Shown: piece after piece, positions 10,660 to 19,671 of the stretch
How the letters are laid out: each line of letters opens with the position of its first letter
How positions within the stretch are numbered: the stretch's first letter is position 1
NCBI GenBank assembly: GCA_963830915.1
Contig: CAWHOE010000038.1
Span: forward strand, 1-27,845
Source: a candidate division FCPU426 bacterium
GTDB lineage: Bacteria > Oederibacteriota > Muellerivitia > Muellerivitales > Muellerivitaceae
DNA length: 27,845 bases
Direction: 5' to 3'
Notes under the pieces: generated by a model
The model's database searches: none
Seen by the model: the letters and a program-made list of their open reading frames with translations, nothing else
What the model was told of the DNA's origin: nothing
Made by a program: the position numbers and the translations under genes

Positions 10660-11624
10660 GTGGTTTTCCTGCCCAATAGATCGCTCAGATGCATGGCGGC
10701 CGGGATGCCCAGGATGAAAAAGGCGATAGGCCCGGTCAGGCCCATCAAGAACGAGAAGGAAAGGAGGGCCGATTTCGCGACCAAACTGGAAGAGAAGAAA
10801 ATGAACAAGGCCGCCTCCCGAGTCCCGAATCCCATGATGGAAATGGGAAGGAATTCTACCATAATCACTGCCGGCAACAGGAGTACCACCGAGCCGTAAG
10901 AGATGGGAAAACCCAAGGCCAGCACGCAGAAATAGGCGCGTAGTAGGGCCACTTCCCAGGCTAGGAGGGAATAAAGGGCCGGTCGCATCACCCTTCCCGC
11001 GGGTTTGAAGAGTTCCTGCAGGTGGTGGTAAAACTCATGGCCGTGGGTCTGGATCCGGGAGGTCAGGTCCTTGGGGGCGAGCGTGAGGAGCAAGGGTTTC
11101 AGAACGGACCTCATCCAATTGGGATGGAGGATGAGGGCCATCAATAGGATGCCCAGGAGGATACCCAGCAAGGCCGCGATGGCGGGGGTCTGGTTCTGGG
11201 ATTGGATCACCAGGTCGATCAGGCCGATGGAAGCCAGGAGCCCCAGGGCCATGAGGTCATAGACCTTATCCGCCACATGAACGGAGAAGGCGGTGGTGAT
11301 GGACAAGTGTCCCAAACGGCTCAAGCCGAAGACCCTGGCCACATCACCGAGCTTGGCGGGGGTGAAGGTGGAAAGAGGCTGGCCGGACATATAGGTCCAG
11401 ATCGCGTCCTTCAGTTTCAGGGGTGAGTGGAAATGGGAGGCCATGGTCTTGAGACGCAGGCTCTTGAGGAATATTTCCGGGATGAGAAGCAAAAGAGCGG
11501 CCGCCAGCCAGTAGGGGTTGATCGCCCGCAAAAGGGTCATGGTCTGATGGAGGTCCACCATCTTCAAAAGCAGGATGAACAGGGCCAGACCGATCAGAAA
11601 AGCGAAGGGGCTCAAGCGTTTCAT
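10656..11624 (-). CDS. Lysylphosphatidylglycerol-synthase-TM (UPF0104) flippase-like membrane protein
   Basis: 322 aa polytopic protein with TPAKLGDVAR, DKVYD and LPISIMGFGTREAA family motifs; ATGA overlaps on both sides. Confidence 0.85.
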   Translation of the reverse strand: MKRLSPFAFLIGLALFILLLKMVDLHQTMTLLRAINPYWLAAALLLLIPEIFLKSLRLKTMASHFHSPLKLKDAIWTYMSGQPLSTFTPAKLGDVARVFGLSRLGHLSITTAFSVHVADKVYDLMALGLLASIGLIDLVIQSQNQTPAIAALLGILLGILLMALILHPNWMRSVLKPLLLTLAPKDLTSRIQTHGHEFYHHLQELFKPAGRVMRPALYSLLAWEVALLRAYFCVLALGFPISYGSVVLLLPAVIMVEFLPISIMGFGTREAALFIFFSSSLVAKSALLSFSFLMGLTGPIAFFILGIPAAMHLSDLLGRKTT

Positions 11625-12712
11625 GGGAGGAGGAGTTCCTTTTCAAGTTTAGCCACGCAGTTTTTCCAGTCCCACTTTTTTACCAGTTTTTCCCCCTCCT
11701 TAGGGGATTTTCCTCTTCGCAAGGCGGTCAAAACGACCTTGGAAAAGGCCTCGGGGGAAGGTTGGGATAAAAAGACCGCGTTTTTCCATTCGGATTTGTC
11801 CCCCATGTCGGTCGCTACCACTTTGCGGCCGCAGGCGAGGGATTCCCGCAGTTTCATGGAAGCCCTGTGTTCGTTGGCGGGGGATTCACCGTAATAGACG
11901 AGTGACAGTTCGCTGATCCTCAAGCAGGCGGCGACCTGGTGGGGGGTCAGAAGGCCGGTGAAATGGGTGGAAGAGGCGATGCCCAGGCCGGAGGCGATCC
12001 GCTTGAACCGCTTCTCGTCCGGTCCCCCGCCCGCGATGAGGAGCTGGGCCTTGGGGACGGACTTCAGGACCATTTGGAAGGCGTTCAGGAGGGGCTCCAG
12101 GTCGCAGGCCACGTTCAAATGGGCGGTGAAGGTCAGGATGGGTCCCCCTTGTTTGTCCTGGAGGAGGGAAACAGCGGCTGGGGGAAGTTGGGTCAGGTCC
12201 GCCTTGGGGTTGAAGATGTCCAGGTCCACGCCCTGGGGCATGGAAACCATTTTGGCCGGGGGAACGCTGAACACTTCCTGGATGGGTTCTTTCAGTTTTG
12301 GGTTGTGATAGGTGACCAGGTCGGCCCAGTTGGGCCAGGGTTTCTGAAGCCAAAGGTGTAATTTTTGGAACCAGCCGTGGCTATAAGCGTAATCCAGGTC
12401 GTCCACGTCGAAGACGATCTTGGCCCCCTTGAGGCGCTGGACCCACAGGGCTGGGACCAGGGTGGGGTAGGGTTTGACCGCGATGGTTGCCTGGGAACGA
12501 GCAAAGAGGGAAATGAAAAAGTAATAGGGCTTGGAAAGGACCATGTCGAACCAGAATGGCAGGGAGGGGATAGGCTTTACGAACTTGACCTGGTGACCCC
12601 GCTTGCGGAAAGCCTCGGCTATATAGAAGGCCCGCAAGGCGCAGCCTGTCCCGGAACCTTTGGCCGAGAAGACGAGGATCTTAAGGGAAGTTGAAGCCTG
12701 GGTTGGTCGCAT
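11621..12712 (-). CDS. Glycosyltransferase family 4 (GT-B)
   Basis: KILVF start, VFDVDDL, PQGVD, LLIAGGG, FTG and MKLRESLACGRKVVATD motifs. Confidence 0.87.
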   Translation of the reverse strand: MRPTQASTSLKILVFSAKGSGTGCALRAFYIAEAFRKRGHQVKFVKPIPSLPFWFDMVLSKPYYFFISLFARSQATIAVKPYPTLVPALWVQRLKGAKIVFDVDDLDYAYSHGWFQKLHLWLQKPWPNWADLVTYHNPKLKEPIQEVFSVPPAKMVSMPQGVDLDIFNPKADLTQLPPAAVSLLQDKQGGPILTFTAHLNVACDLEPLLNAFQMVLKSVPKAQLLIAGGGPDEKRFKRIASGLGIASSTHFTGLLTPHQVAACLRISELSLVYYGESPANEHRASMKLRESLACGRKVVATDMGDKSEWKNAVFLSQPSPEAFSKVVLTALRRGKSPKEGEKLVKKWDWKNCVAKLEKELLLP

Positions 12713-12720
12713 GTGGGTAC

Positions 12721-12750
12721 ATGATATCGGAAGAGGATTGGATTGGGCAA
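12721..12750 (-). promoter_or_regulatory. Putative sigma70 promoter giving a near-leaderless GT4 transcript
   Basis: TTGCCC-N18-TATCAT lying 8 nt before the ATG at 12712; no Shine-Dalgarno. Confidence 0.4.
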
Positions 12751-12793
12751 ACAGGGATTTCGGTTGGATAAAAGGAAGATTTAAATGGGTTGG

Positions 12794-14270
12794 TTAACGG
12801 ACGTCGTGGCCGGTGAGGACGGCGGCGCCGCGCTTGCCTACTTCCCAGGCGCCCCGAAGGGTCCAAAACGGGTCGTTCAGGCGGATTCTTGGAGAGCAAG
12901 TACTTGGGGCGGAAGAGCACTTTCTTATAGGCTTCCCGACGCAGGCGCACCAGGTCCTGGGAGGTCAAAGTCTCTGTGCGGACGACCGGAACGGGGGCCA
13001 GGGGGGAATATTTCGACCAATCCTTGTGTTGCAGGTAATGGTTCTTTTCATACCAACCATACATGTCGGTGTTGGGGAAGGGTGTGGAGAAGCAGAATTG
13101 GGTGTAGTAAGGGTCGATGTCCTTGATGAAATTGATGGTCTCGTGCCAGGTTTCCTCGGTCTCTCCCGGCAATCCGCAGATGGTCATACCGTAAAAGAGG
13201 ACCCCTGACTCGCGGCAGGAATCGGCGCAGGCCGCGATCTCCTGCTTGGTCACACCCTTGTTGATGTCTTTCAGGATCTTCTCGGAGCCGCTCTCGATAC
13301 CGACCGCCAGTTCCCGGCAGCCAGCCCGGTACATCCGTTTCAGGGTGTCCGTATCCACCAGGTTGGCCCTGGTACAGCAGACCCACTCGATGCCCACGTT
13401 CTCCCGGGTGAGGGTGTCGGCCATGTCGCCGACCCGCCCGGTGTTGAGGGACAGGACGTCGTCGAAAAAGAGCACGTGCTTGACCCCGAACTGGGTCTTG
13501 AGCCATTTCAATTCCTCCACCACGGCCTGATGGGGACGGGGACGGAATTTCTCCAGGGCATAGGCGCAGAAGGTGCAACCGAAGGGACAGCCCCGGGAAG
13601 TTTGGATCATGGCGAAGGTGTCCTGGAAGACGCCAGTGTGATAGGGCTCAATGGAGGGCAGCAGGTCGTAGGCCGGGAAGGGAGCCACCTCCACGTTCAT
13701 CAAAGGGGCGGGCGGGGTCTTTTGGAACCCGGCTTTCTCGCTTTGGTAGGCCAGGCCCGCCACGCCGGCGAACCAATCGGAGGATTTCTTCGGCATGACA
13801 CCGTTCTGGGTCAGGTTCGATTCCAGGGCTTGGGCCAGGGACGGCAAGATGGAGTCCAGTTCGCCCATCAGGTACAGGTCCACTTCGGGACGCCGGGCGA
13901 TCTGCTCGAGGAACCAGGGCACTTCGCCGATGATCTTGTTCCGGACGACCGTGACGCAATCGGGGTTGGTGGCCTTGGCCAACTGAAGGACCTTCAGGTC
14001 CTCTTCCTGGCAGTCGAAGGCCATGCGGATGACGACCAGATGGGGTTCCCATTCGCTCATGAGCCGGCCGATATGTTCCAACCGAAGGTCGAAGCCGTTG
14101 GCGTCGATGATCTTGACGTCGAAACCGGCCTGACGCAGGGAAGCGGCGCCCTGGAGGATGGAAAGGGGGGGATAGACCGAACCCACATCCCGATGCTCGA
14201 ATCGCTCCTCGCGCACCACAGGCAGGTCATTGACTCGGGGCGGGTTGACCAACAGGACTTTGAGTTTCAC
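12794..14270 (-). CDS. Cobalamin-binding radical SAM protein (class B / HpnJ-BchE-like architecture), with a 1-base insertion near the 3' end
   Basis: YPPLSI..A..L..AGFDVKIID B12-domain start, SRGCPFGCTFC, FFDD, GIESGS, GLPGET and TPFPNT. Removing one T at 12886-12887 gives ...LLSKIRLNDPFWTLRGAWEVGKRGAAVLTGHDVR* ending at 12794 and removes the overlap with GT4. Confidence 0.85.
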
Positions 14271-14292
14271 TCTTCACATCTCCCCATTGAAC

Positions 14293-14378
14293 AGAAGTAC
14301 AAAAATTTCACCACAGAGCCACAGCTTTGAAAAAGTCTTAAATTTTTGTTCTTCTCTGTGTCTCAGTGTCCCTGTGGT
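14293..14378. repeat. AT-rich intergenic element with two interleaved inverted repeats and ACACAGAG-type 8-mers
   Basis: 14293-14308 vs 14340-14355 match 15/16 as an inverted repeat; 14310-14324 vs 14364-14378 match 12/15. The minus strand reads ACCACAGGG-ACACTGAG-ACACAGAG. Confidence 0.7.
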
Positions 14379-14389
14379 TCAAGCTTTTT

Positions 14390-15046
14390 TCATCCGCCCG
14401 TTTCCAGGCGGTATTTGGCGAAAGCGGCCTGGGCCTCGGGGCTGGAAGAGTCCCGGATATCCTGCCAGCGTTGGATGTGGTCGGGATAGTTCAGGTCCCT
14501 CAGGACCATTTCGGTCGGTCCGTCGGTGAAGTGCCATTCCTTCAAATTGACCTGGGGCGCCAGGGCTTCCTGGTCCCCTTGTTTGGCCTTGTCCCAGCGC
14601 CTGTAGTCATTGACCCATTGATCAATGGGGATGACCTTCGCCTTATCAGCCTCCCACATGGCCGAGGCGAAGTAAAGACGGTCCTTGAAAAATACCAGGT
14701 CCAAAGTGGTGGTTTCGGACAGGTCTTTCCCGGCTTTCAGGGAAGCGATCTTGAAAAGGGGGTCATCGTTGTAGGGCCGCAGGGCTTTCTTGGCGGCGGG
14801 ATAGACCTGGAAAACCTGGTCCATGGACATCCCTAGGCTCACTCCCGCGACCTGGCGGGGTAATGGGGTCTTGGGACCGGCCATGAGATTCTTGAAAAAG
14901 CCCGAGCTCCAGAGGATGGTCGTGAGACCCACGATGACCAGGATGGCCACCGCCACCATGACTTTCCAGCGGGGGGACGCGGGAGGGGGAGCGGCCTCGT
15001 TCTTGGGTTCGGTCTTAACGGCTTGGCGCGGCTTGGGGTGTGGCAT
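14390..15046 (-). CDS. Hypothetical single-pass membrane protein with an extracytoplasmic domain
   Basis: Basic Pro-rich N-terminus, TM helix VMVAVAILVIVGLTTILW, then a soluble domain. Start ATG 15046 chosen because it gives a short overlap with the corrected upstream gene. Confidence 0.7.
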   Translation of the reverse strand: MPHPKPRQAVKTEPKNEAAPPPASPRWKVMVAVAILVIVGLTTILWSSGFFKNLMAGPKTPLPRQVAGVSLGMSMDQVFQVYPAAKKALRPYNDDPLFKIASLKAGKDLSETTTLDLVFFKDRLYFASAMWEADKAKVIPIDQWVNDYRRWDKAKQGDQEALAPQVNLKEWHFTDGPTEMVLRDLNYPDHIQRWQDIRDSSSPEAQAAFAKYRLETGG

Positions 15047-16551
15047 GGGTCGGTTTGCTTTCCGGTAGCGGATCACCATAGTCCTGAACATGTCCCAGAA
15101 GGGATTTCAGTCCCCTCCAGAGTAGGTCCAGCTCCCTCACGGACCTGATGGTTATCAGCTGCCCTAATATAAATTTCGGATGCTTCATCAGATTCCACGT
15201 CTTGGTCGCCCAGGCGCTCGCGTTGACGGGCGACTTCAGGATCGGGGTGGCTCATATCATAGTTCTCATAATCCTTCTCGCCAACCAGAAGCCAGCCTTT
15301 GTTGACCGATTCCCGCCAGAGGGGGGACCCGGGATAGGCTACGACCACGGAGGCCTGCATGCAGTCTCCAGTACGTACCTTATATAGGAGCAGTTCTTTG
15401 GTGACCTCGTAGGTCTTGCGCACATCCTCCTCGGTCTCCCAGGGGTACCCCATCATGGTGGTCAGGAGCACTTTCAGGCCCCTGTCCTTGGCCATTTTCA
15501 CGCCCCGGCTGATCAGGTCAACTGTCTCGCATTTTGCCAGGTGCTTGATGCTGTAGTCCGAACCCGATTCCAGGCCGATCTTCAATAGGCGCCAGCCGCA
15601 TTTCACCAACAGATCCACCACTTCCTCATTGAGGGTGTCGGCCCGGCAGTTGGAGGAGAACTGGAAACGGCCCAGCAGTTTTCGGGCCTGGAGTTCCTTG
15701 TGGAATTCCCTCAGCCATTCGATGTTGTAGATGGGGCCGGACTCATTGTCGTCGAAGAACTCCCAGACCTTGTGCTGGTTGATGCAGATCTCCATTTCCT
15801 CGGCCACGTTGGCGGGGGAGCGAAGGCGTGCGGTCTTGCCCCAGAGGGCGTGCTGCCAGATACAGAAGGTACAGACCCCCACGCCGCCGGGGGAAGCGGA
15901 AGAGGCTCCGCAGCCGCGGCCGGTCAGGATATAGGCGGTGGGTTTCAGCAGATAGGCCTCTCCGTAGTCCTGGAAACGGGTGAGGACCCGGTCGATGAAG
16001 GGAAGGGAGTCCAGGGCCTCCTCCAGCTTGTGGGGGCCGGTGGTCACGGGCTTGCCCGACGCGTCGCGGCGCCAGACACCGGGGCCCAAAGCGGCGCGCC
16101 CCGACAGGTGCTCGACCAGGTTGCGTCCCACGATGTCGTAATCCCCTCCGGTCATGACGTAATCGACCGAGGAGTTGAGGATGGATTCCTCAGGGAAATA
16201 GGTGACGTGGTCGCCCATCAGGACCGTCTTCATGCCGGGGTATCGGGCGTTGAGTTCGGCGATGTACCTCCAATGGCGTTTGACGACCGGGGCCTTGGTC
16301 TCCAGGAAAACGATCTCGGGTTTGAAGTCGTCCAGTTGTTTCTCGAATTCCTCGTCACTCATGCGGCGGTTGATGCCGTCCAGCCAGAGGACCTCGTGGC
16401 CCAGGTGTTTCAGATTGGTGGCCAGATGCCCTGGGACCAGGGGAAAGATTCGGACTTCGAGGGTCTTGGAGAATTTCAGATGGCGGTTCTGGGTGAGGAG
16501 CGGCAGTTCGCCGTCCTTACGGAAGGGCGGATAAAGGATGGCGGTTCTCAT
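15015..16551 (-). CDS. Cobalamin-binding radical SAM protein with a CX12CX2C motif and a 1-base insertion near the 3' end
   Basis: FPLVPGHLATNLKHLGHEVLWLDG, GRGCGASSASPGGVGVCTFC, FFDD, GLESGS, GYPWET and AYPGSPL. Removing one G at 15244-15247 gives YDMSHPILKSP...HPKFILGQLITIRS...GLKSLLGHVQDY...* ending at 15015. Confidence 0.85.
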
Positions 16552-16599
16552 GGATCTCTCGTACTCCCCGTTCGAAGGTCGATGACTGGTGCAGTGAAT

Positions 16600-17583
16600 C
16601 TATATTCTACCGCGGTAATAATCAATGGTGTGACCCAAACCCTCTTTTAACGGTACCTTGGGTTCCCAATGAAGTTTGGCTTTTGCCTTGGAAATATCCG
16701 GTTTACGGCGGATGGGATCGTCCTGAGGAAGGGGCTGGAGAATGAGCTTGGCCCCCTTGGAGCCGCACAATTGAAGGACCAGTTTGGCGAAATCACGGAT
16801 GGTGGTTTCCTGGGGATTGCCCAGATTGAAGACCCCGCCCTTGGTACCCTCAGTGGAAATGGCCGCCCAGATGCCCCGGACCAGGTCCGAGACGTAGCAG
16901 AAACTTCGGGTCTGGGAGCCGTCCCCATACAGGGTTAGTGACTCGCCTCGCAAGGCCTGGTTGATCAGATTGGACACGACCCGTCCATCGTTCTCGTTCA
17001 GCCGGGGGCCATAGGTGTTGAAGATGCGGATGATGCGCGCGTCCACGTCGAACTTGTCGATGTACTCGTAGACTAGGGCCTCGCCCAGCCGCTTGCTCTC
17101 GTCATAGCAGGACCGGGGGCCGAAAGAATTCACATGTCCCCAGTAGGACTCGGTCTGGGGATGGACCTGGGGATTGCCGTAGACCTCCGAGGTCGAGGCG
17201 AAAAGGAACTTGGTGTGGCGTTTGCGGCAATATTCCAACAACTGGAGGCTTCCCATGGAATTGACCAGGATGGTCTGGATGGAATTCTTCATGTAACCCA
17301 CCGGTGAGGCGGGCGAGGCCAGATGGAACACATAATCGGCGTTGGGGAAAAAACGGGGGAACCCCCGGGTGATGTTGCTCAAGAAACGGGGAAGTTTCTT
17401 GATGACATCGTGCTTGATGAAGCGAAACTTGGGATTGCGTCTCAGGTGGGCGATGTTCTCCATCTTGCCCGTGATGAGATTGTCCACGCAGATGACCTGA
17501 TGACCCTGCTCGATGAGGAAGTCGCAAAGATGGGAACCGACAAAACCGGCCCCGCCGGTCACGATGGAAAGGGGTTTTCGCAT
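16600..17583 (-). CDS. UDP-glucuronate decarboxylase (UDP-xylose synthase) family extended SDR
   Basis: GGAGFVG, HLASPASP, ASTSEVYG, HPQTESYWGHVN, PRSCYDESKR, RIFNTYGP, DGRVVSN, QTRSFCYV and DDPIRRKPDI. Confidence 0.92.
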   Translation of the reverse strand: MRKPLSIVTGGAGFVGSHLCDFLIEQGHQVICVDNLITGKMENIAHLRRNPKFRFIKHDVIKKLPRFLSNITRGFPRFFPNADYVFHLASPASPVGYMKNSIQTILVNSMGSLQLLEYCRKRHTKFLFASTSEVYGNPQVHPQTESYWGHVNSFGPRSCYDESKRLGEALVYEYIDKFDVDARIIRIFNTYGPRLNENDGRVVSNLINQALRGESLTLYGDGSQTRSFCYVSDLVRGIWAAISTEGTKGGVFNLGNPQETTIRDFAKLVLQLCGSKGAKLILQPLPQDDPIRRKPDISKAKAKLHWEPKVPLKEGLGHTIDYYRGRI

Positions 17584-17671
17584 GTATATCGTCCTTATGA
17601 GTTGATCCGAAAATGGTCGGCTTGGGGCCGGGTCGAACCGATCCAGAGCCTGGACCCCGCGAGAAAGTGGA

Positions 17672-17680
17672 AGTTTAACA
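17672..17680 (-). promoter_or_regulatory. Possible extended -10 promoter of the glycosylation locus
   Basis: TGTTAAACT (TGn-TAAACT) about 90 nt upstream of the first ATG; no good -35. Confidence 0.3.
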
Positions 17681-17711
17681 TAGCTAAAGGAAGGGCGCTA
17701 CAGAATGCGGG

Positions 17712-18878
17712 TCAACGGATGGGATATCCCACTCCCCCGTAAGGGTTGGTATCGACCGGGGTGGGCGTCGGGACGGGAGGGGTCGGGGTGGCTTGGTCGG
17801 CCCGGGCCTTGATCAAACGAGAACGGATAATGGCATTGTTATGGATATCGGTGACATAAAGGCGGTCCTGGGAGTCGCAGGCGATTCCCCGAAAGTGCGG
17901 AGCATAGGATTGGTTAAGGATATCATCCTTTGCCCGCCATTGGCCGATGAACTCGAAACGATTATTGAAGAACTCCACCCGACCGGTCAGTCCATCCACC
18001 ACCGCGATGGGGCCGGTGTGGGTGATGACCACACCGGCTGGTTCCTTGAACTGGCAGGGGCCCTCGCCATACCAACCTTCCACCGTGACGGGCGCGGTGT
18101 TCGTTGTGGCGGAGGATTGATCGTTGAAAACCTGGAGCCGGAAATTCCCCGTGTCCGCGATGATGGCCTGGTCGATGAAATTCAGGGCTATGCCGATGGG
18201 AAGGTTCAAAAGGCCCGGATCGGACCCATAGAGACCCCAGGCGAATTGGAAGATCCCGAGCCTGCTGAAATTCTGAATTCGGGAGTTGCCCGTATCCAGT
18301 ACCCAGATATTCCCGTAATGGTCCTTGACGATGCCCCGGGGCATGTTGAATAGGCCGTTCGTGACCCCTTGGCTGCCCCAACTGGAGACCACCAGGCCAT
18401 GTTCATCCAGCACGACCACCCGGTGATTCAAGGTGTCGGCCACGAATATATTCTTGGAAGAGTCGACGTAGAGACCGGAGGGATGATTGAACTGGGGTGG
18501 ATTGCGCCACACCGCGTTCGTTCCAAAGGCGCCGTAGGCAGTCAGGGGTTTTCCGTCCTCGTTCCAGATCAGGATCCGGTTATTGCCCGCGTCGGCGATG
18601 ACCATCTTTCCGTCGGACCCAATCTGGACCCCTTCGGGATCGCTCAGTTGGTCCAAACCGCTTCCCTTGGAACCCCACATGGCGTCAAAGGTATAGAATT
18701 TCTCTCCTGTCCAGGAGAGGGGCTGGGGAGTGGGTGTGAACGTGGGAGTATCAGCGGGGGTCGGGGTATCGGTGGGGGTGACGGTCGGATGGTGACGCCT
18801 GGCCCAACAGGGGTTGGGAAGAACGAACACAATAACCGTGGATAAAAATAGGAACGAAAAGAAATAGGAGCGAATCAT
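17712..18878 (-). CDS. Secreted NHL-repeat beta-propeller protein flanked by Pro/Thr linkers
   Basis: Signal peptide; repeated P.G+...+++AD.GN.R+ NHL units; PTVTPTDTPTP and ATPTPPVPTPTP tracts. ATG 18878 is preferred to the track's TTG 18914, which coincides with the -35 box. Confidence 0.85.
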   Translation of the reverse strand: MIRSYFFSFLFLSTVIVFVLPNPCWARRHHPTVTPTDTPTPADTPTFTPTPQPLSWTGEKFYTFDAMWGSKGSGLDQLSDPEGVQIGSDGKMVIADAGNNRILIWNEDGKPLTAYGAFGTNAVWRNPPQFNHPSGLYVDSSKNIFVADTLNHRVVVLDEHGLVVSSWGSQGVTNGLFNMPRGIVKDHYGNIWVLDTGNSRIQNFSRLGIFQFAWGLYGSDPGLLNLPIGIALNFIDQAIIADTGNFRLQVFNDQSSATTNTAPVTVEGWYGEGPCQFKEPAGVVITHTGPIAVVDGLTGRVEFFNNRFEFIGQWRAKDDILNQSYAPHFRGIACDSQDRLYVTDIHNNAIIRSRLIKARADQATPTPPVPTPTPVDTNPYGGVGYPIR

Positions 18879-18885
18879 AAAGTTA

Positions 18886-18914
18886 ATGCTATCGAGGGGG
18901 GCAAGCCCCGTCAA
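18886..18914 (-). promoter_or_regulatory. Putative sigma70 promoter giving a leaderless NHL-gene transcript
   Basis: TTGACG-N17-TAGCAT followed by 7 nt and then ATG; no Shine-Dalgarno. Confidence 0.55.
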
Positions 18915-18931
18915 CCTGAAAGGCCGACGGG
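18907..18931 (-). terminator. GC-rich hairpin downstream of the DksA-like gene (terminator-like, weak U tract)
   Basis: CCCGUCGGCCU-UUC-AGGUUGACGGG: an 11-bp stem with two G-U pairs that form only on the minus strand. Confidence 0.4.
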
Positions 18932-18947
18932 TTTGGGGAAATAAGGG

Positions 18948-19433
18948 TTATGCGCCTTCTGAACGGCTTTGGCAGGTGATGCATTTGGTCGCCCAGGGGA
19001 TGGCTTTCAAACGGGCCATGGGAATGGGCTTCTCGCAAATCTCGCACTGGCCATAGGTACGGTCCTCGATGCGGGAGATGGCCTTCTCAATGCGCTCCAG
19101 CTCCGTGCGGTCGTTCTCCATGAGGGTGACCGAAAGGTGCTGGCTCAACTCGCCCGAACCATGGTCGGCCATGTCGCCGGGAATATTCTGGTTGTCCGCG
19201 ATCTCTTCCCGCAGGTCCATCTCCAAATGATTTACCTGGCCGGTGATCTCGTTGCGGCGGTCCTGGAGTTTCATCAAGAGGGGCACGTAGGCCGGATCGA
19301 TACGGACTTTACGCTTGACCGGTTTGAAGGACTGGTTTTTCTTGGCGGCGGTTTTAGCGGCGGGACGAGCTTGGGCTTTTTTCACTTTTTTAGGAGACTT
19401 TTTCTTGGAAGCTTTTTTCTTGGAAGCGGCCAT
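18948..19433 (-). CDS. DksA/TraR family C4 zinc-finger protein with a Lys/Ala-rich N-terminal tail
   Basis: GDMADHG coiled-coil tip and IEKAISRIEDRTYGQCEIC..PIP.ARL.AIPW...CITC. ATG 19433 has GGAGG upstream. Confidence 0.88.
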   Translation of the reverse strand: MAASKKKASKKKSPKKVKKAQARPAAKTAAKKNQSFKPVKRKVRIDPAYVPLLMKLQDRRNEITGQVNHLEMDLREEIADNQNIPGDMADHGSGELSQHLSVTLMENDRTELERIEKAISRIEDRTYGQCEICEKPIPMARLKAIPWATKCITCQSRSEGA

Positions 19434-19498
19434 GCGATCCTCCGGTACTGGGTTGGATATGAGAGGTGGGTGACCACCAGGGCGTTGAAAAGGATAGA

Positions 19499-19527
19499 AG
19501 AATAAAGAAGGCGTCAATAACTGTCAA
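19499..19527 (-). promoter_or_regulatory. Sigma70 promoter of the DksA-like gene
   Basis: TTGACA-N17-TATTCT, near consensus. Confidence 0.65.
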
Positions 19528-19671
19528 GAATAAAGGCTCTTTTCATCAAGAACCTTGTTACGGTCGAACCAGCGCCTCGACCTTGGCCAAAAGAACGTGA
19601 TTTTTCGCCCTGTCCAGGTTCCTGTCCCGTCCTTATACTAACCCCATCACTTATCGAAAAAGGAGCGTTCA

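Noticed and set aside
12681..12793. Arg/Pro-rich C-terminal extension of the radical SAM ORF overlapping GT4
   Set aside because: Product of the indel at 12886-12887; the alternative frame gives a natural ending at 12794.
17611..17660. tRNA-like GGTTCGACCC...ACCA on the minus strand
   Set aside because: No proper T-stem, acceptor stem or anticodon arm.
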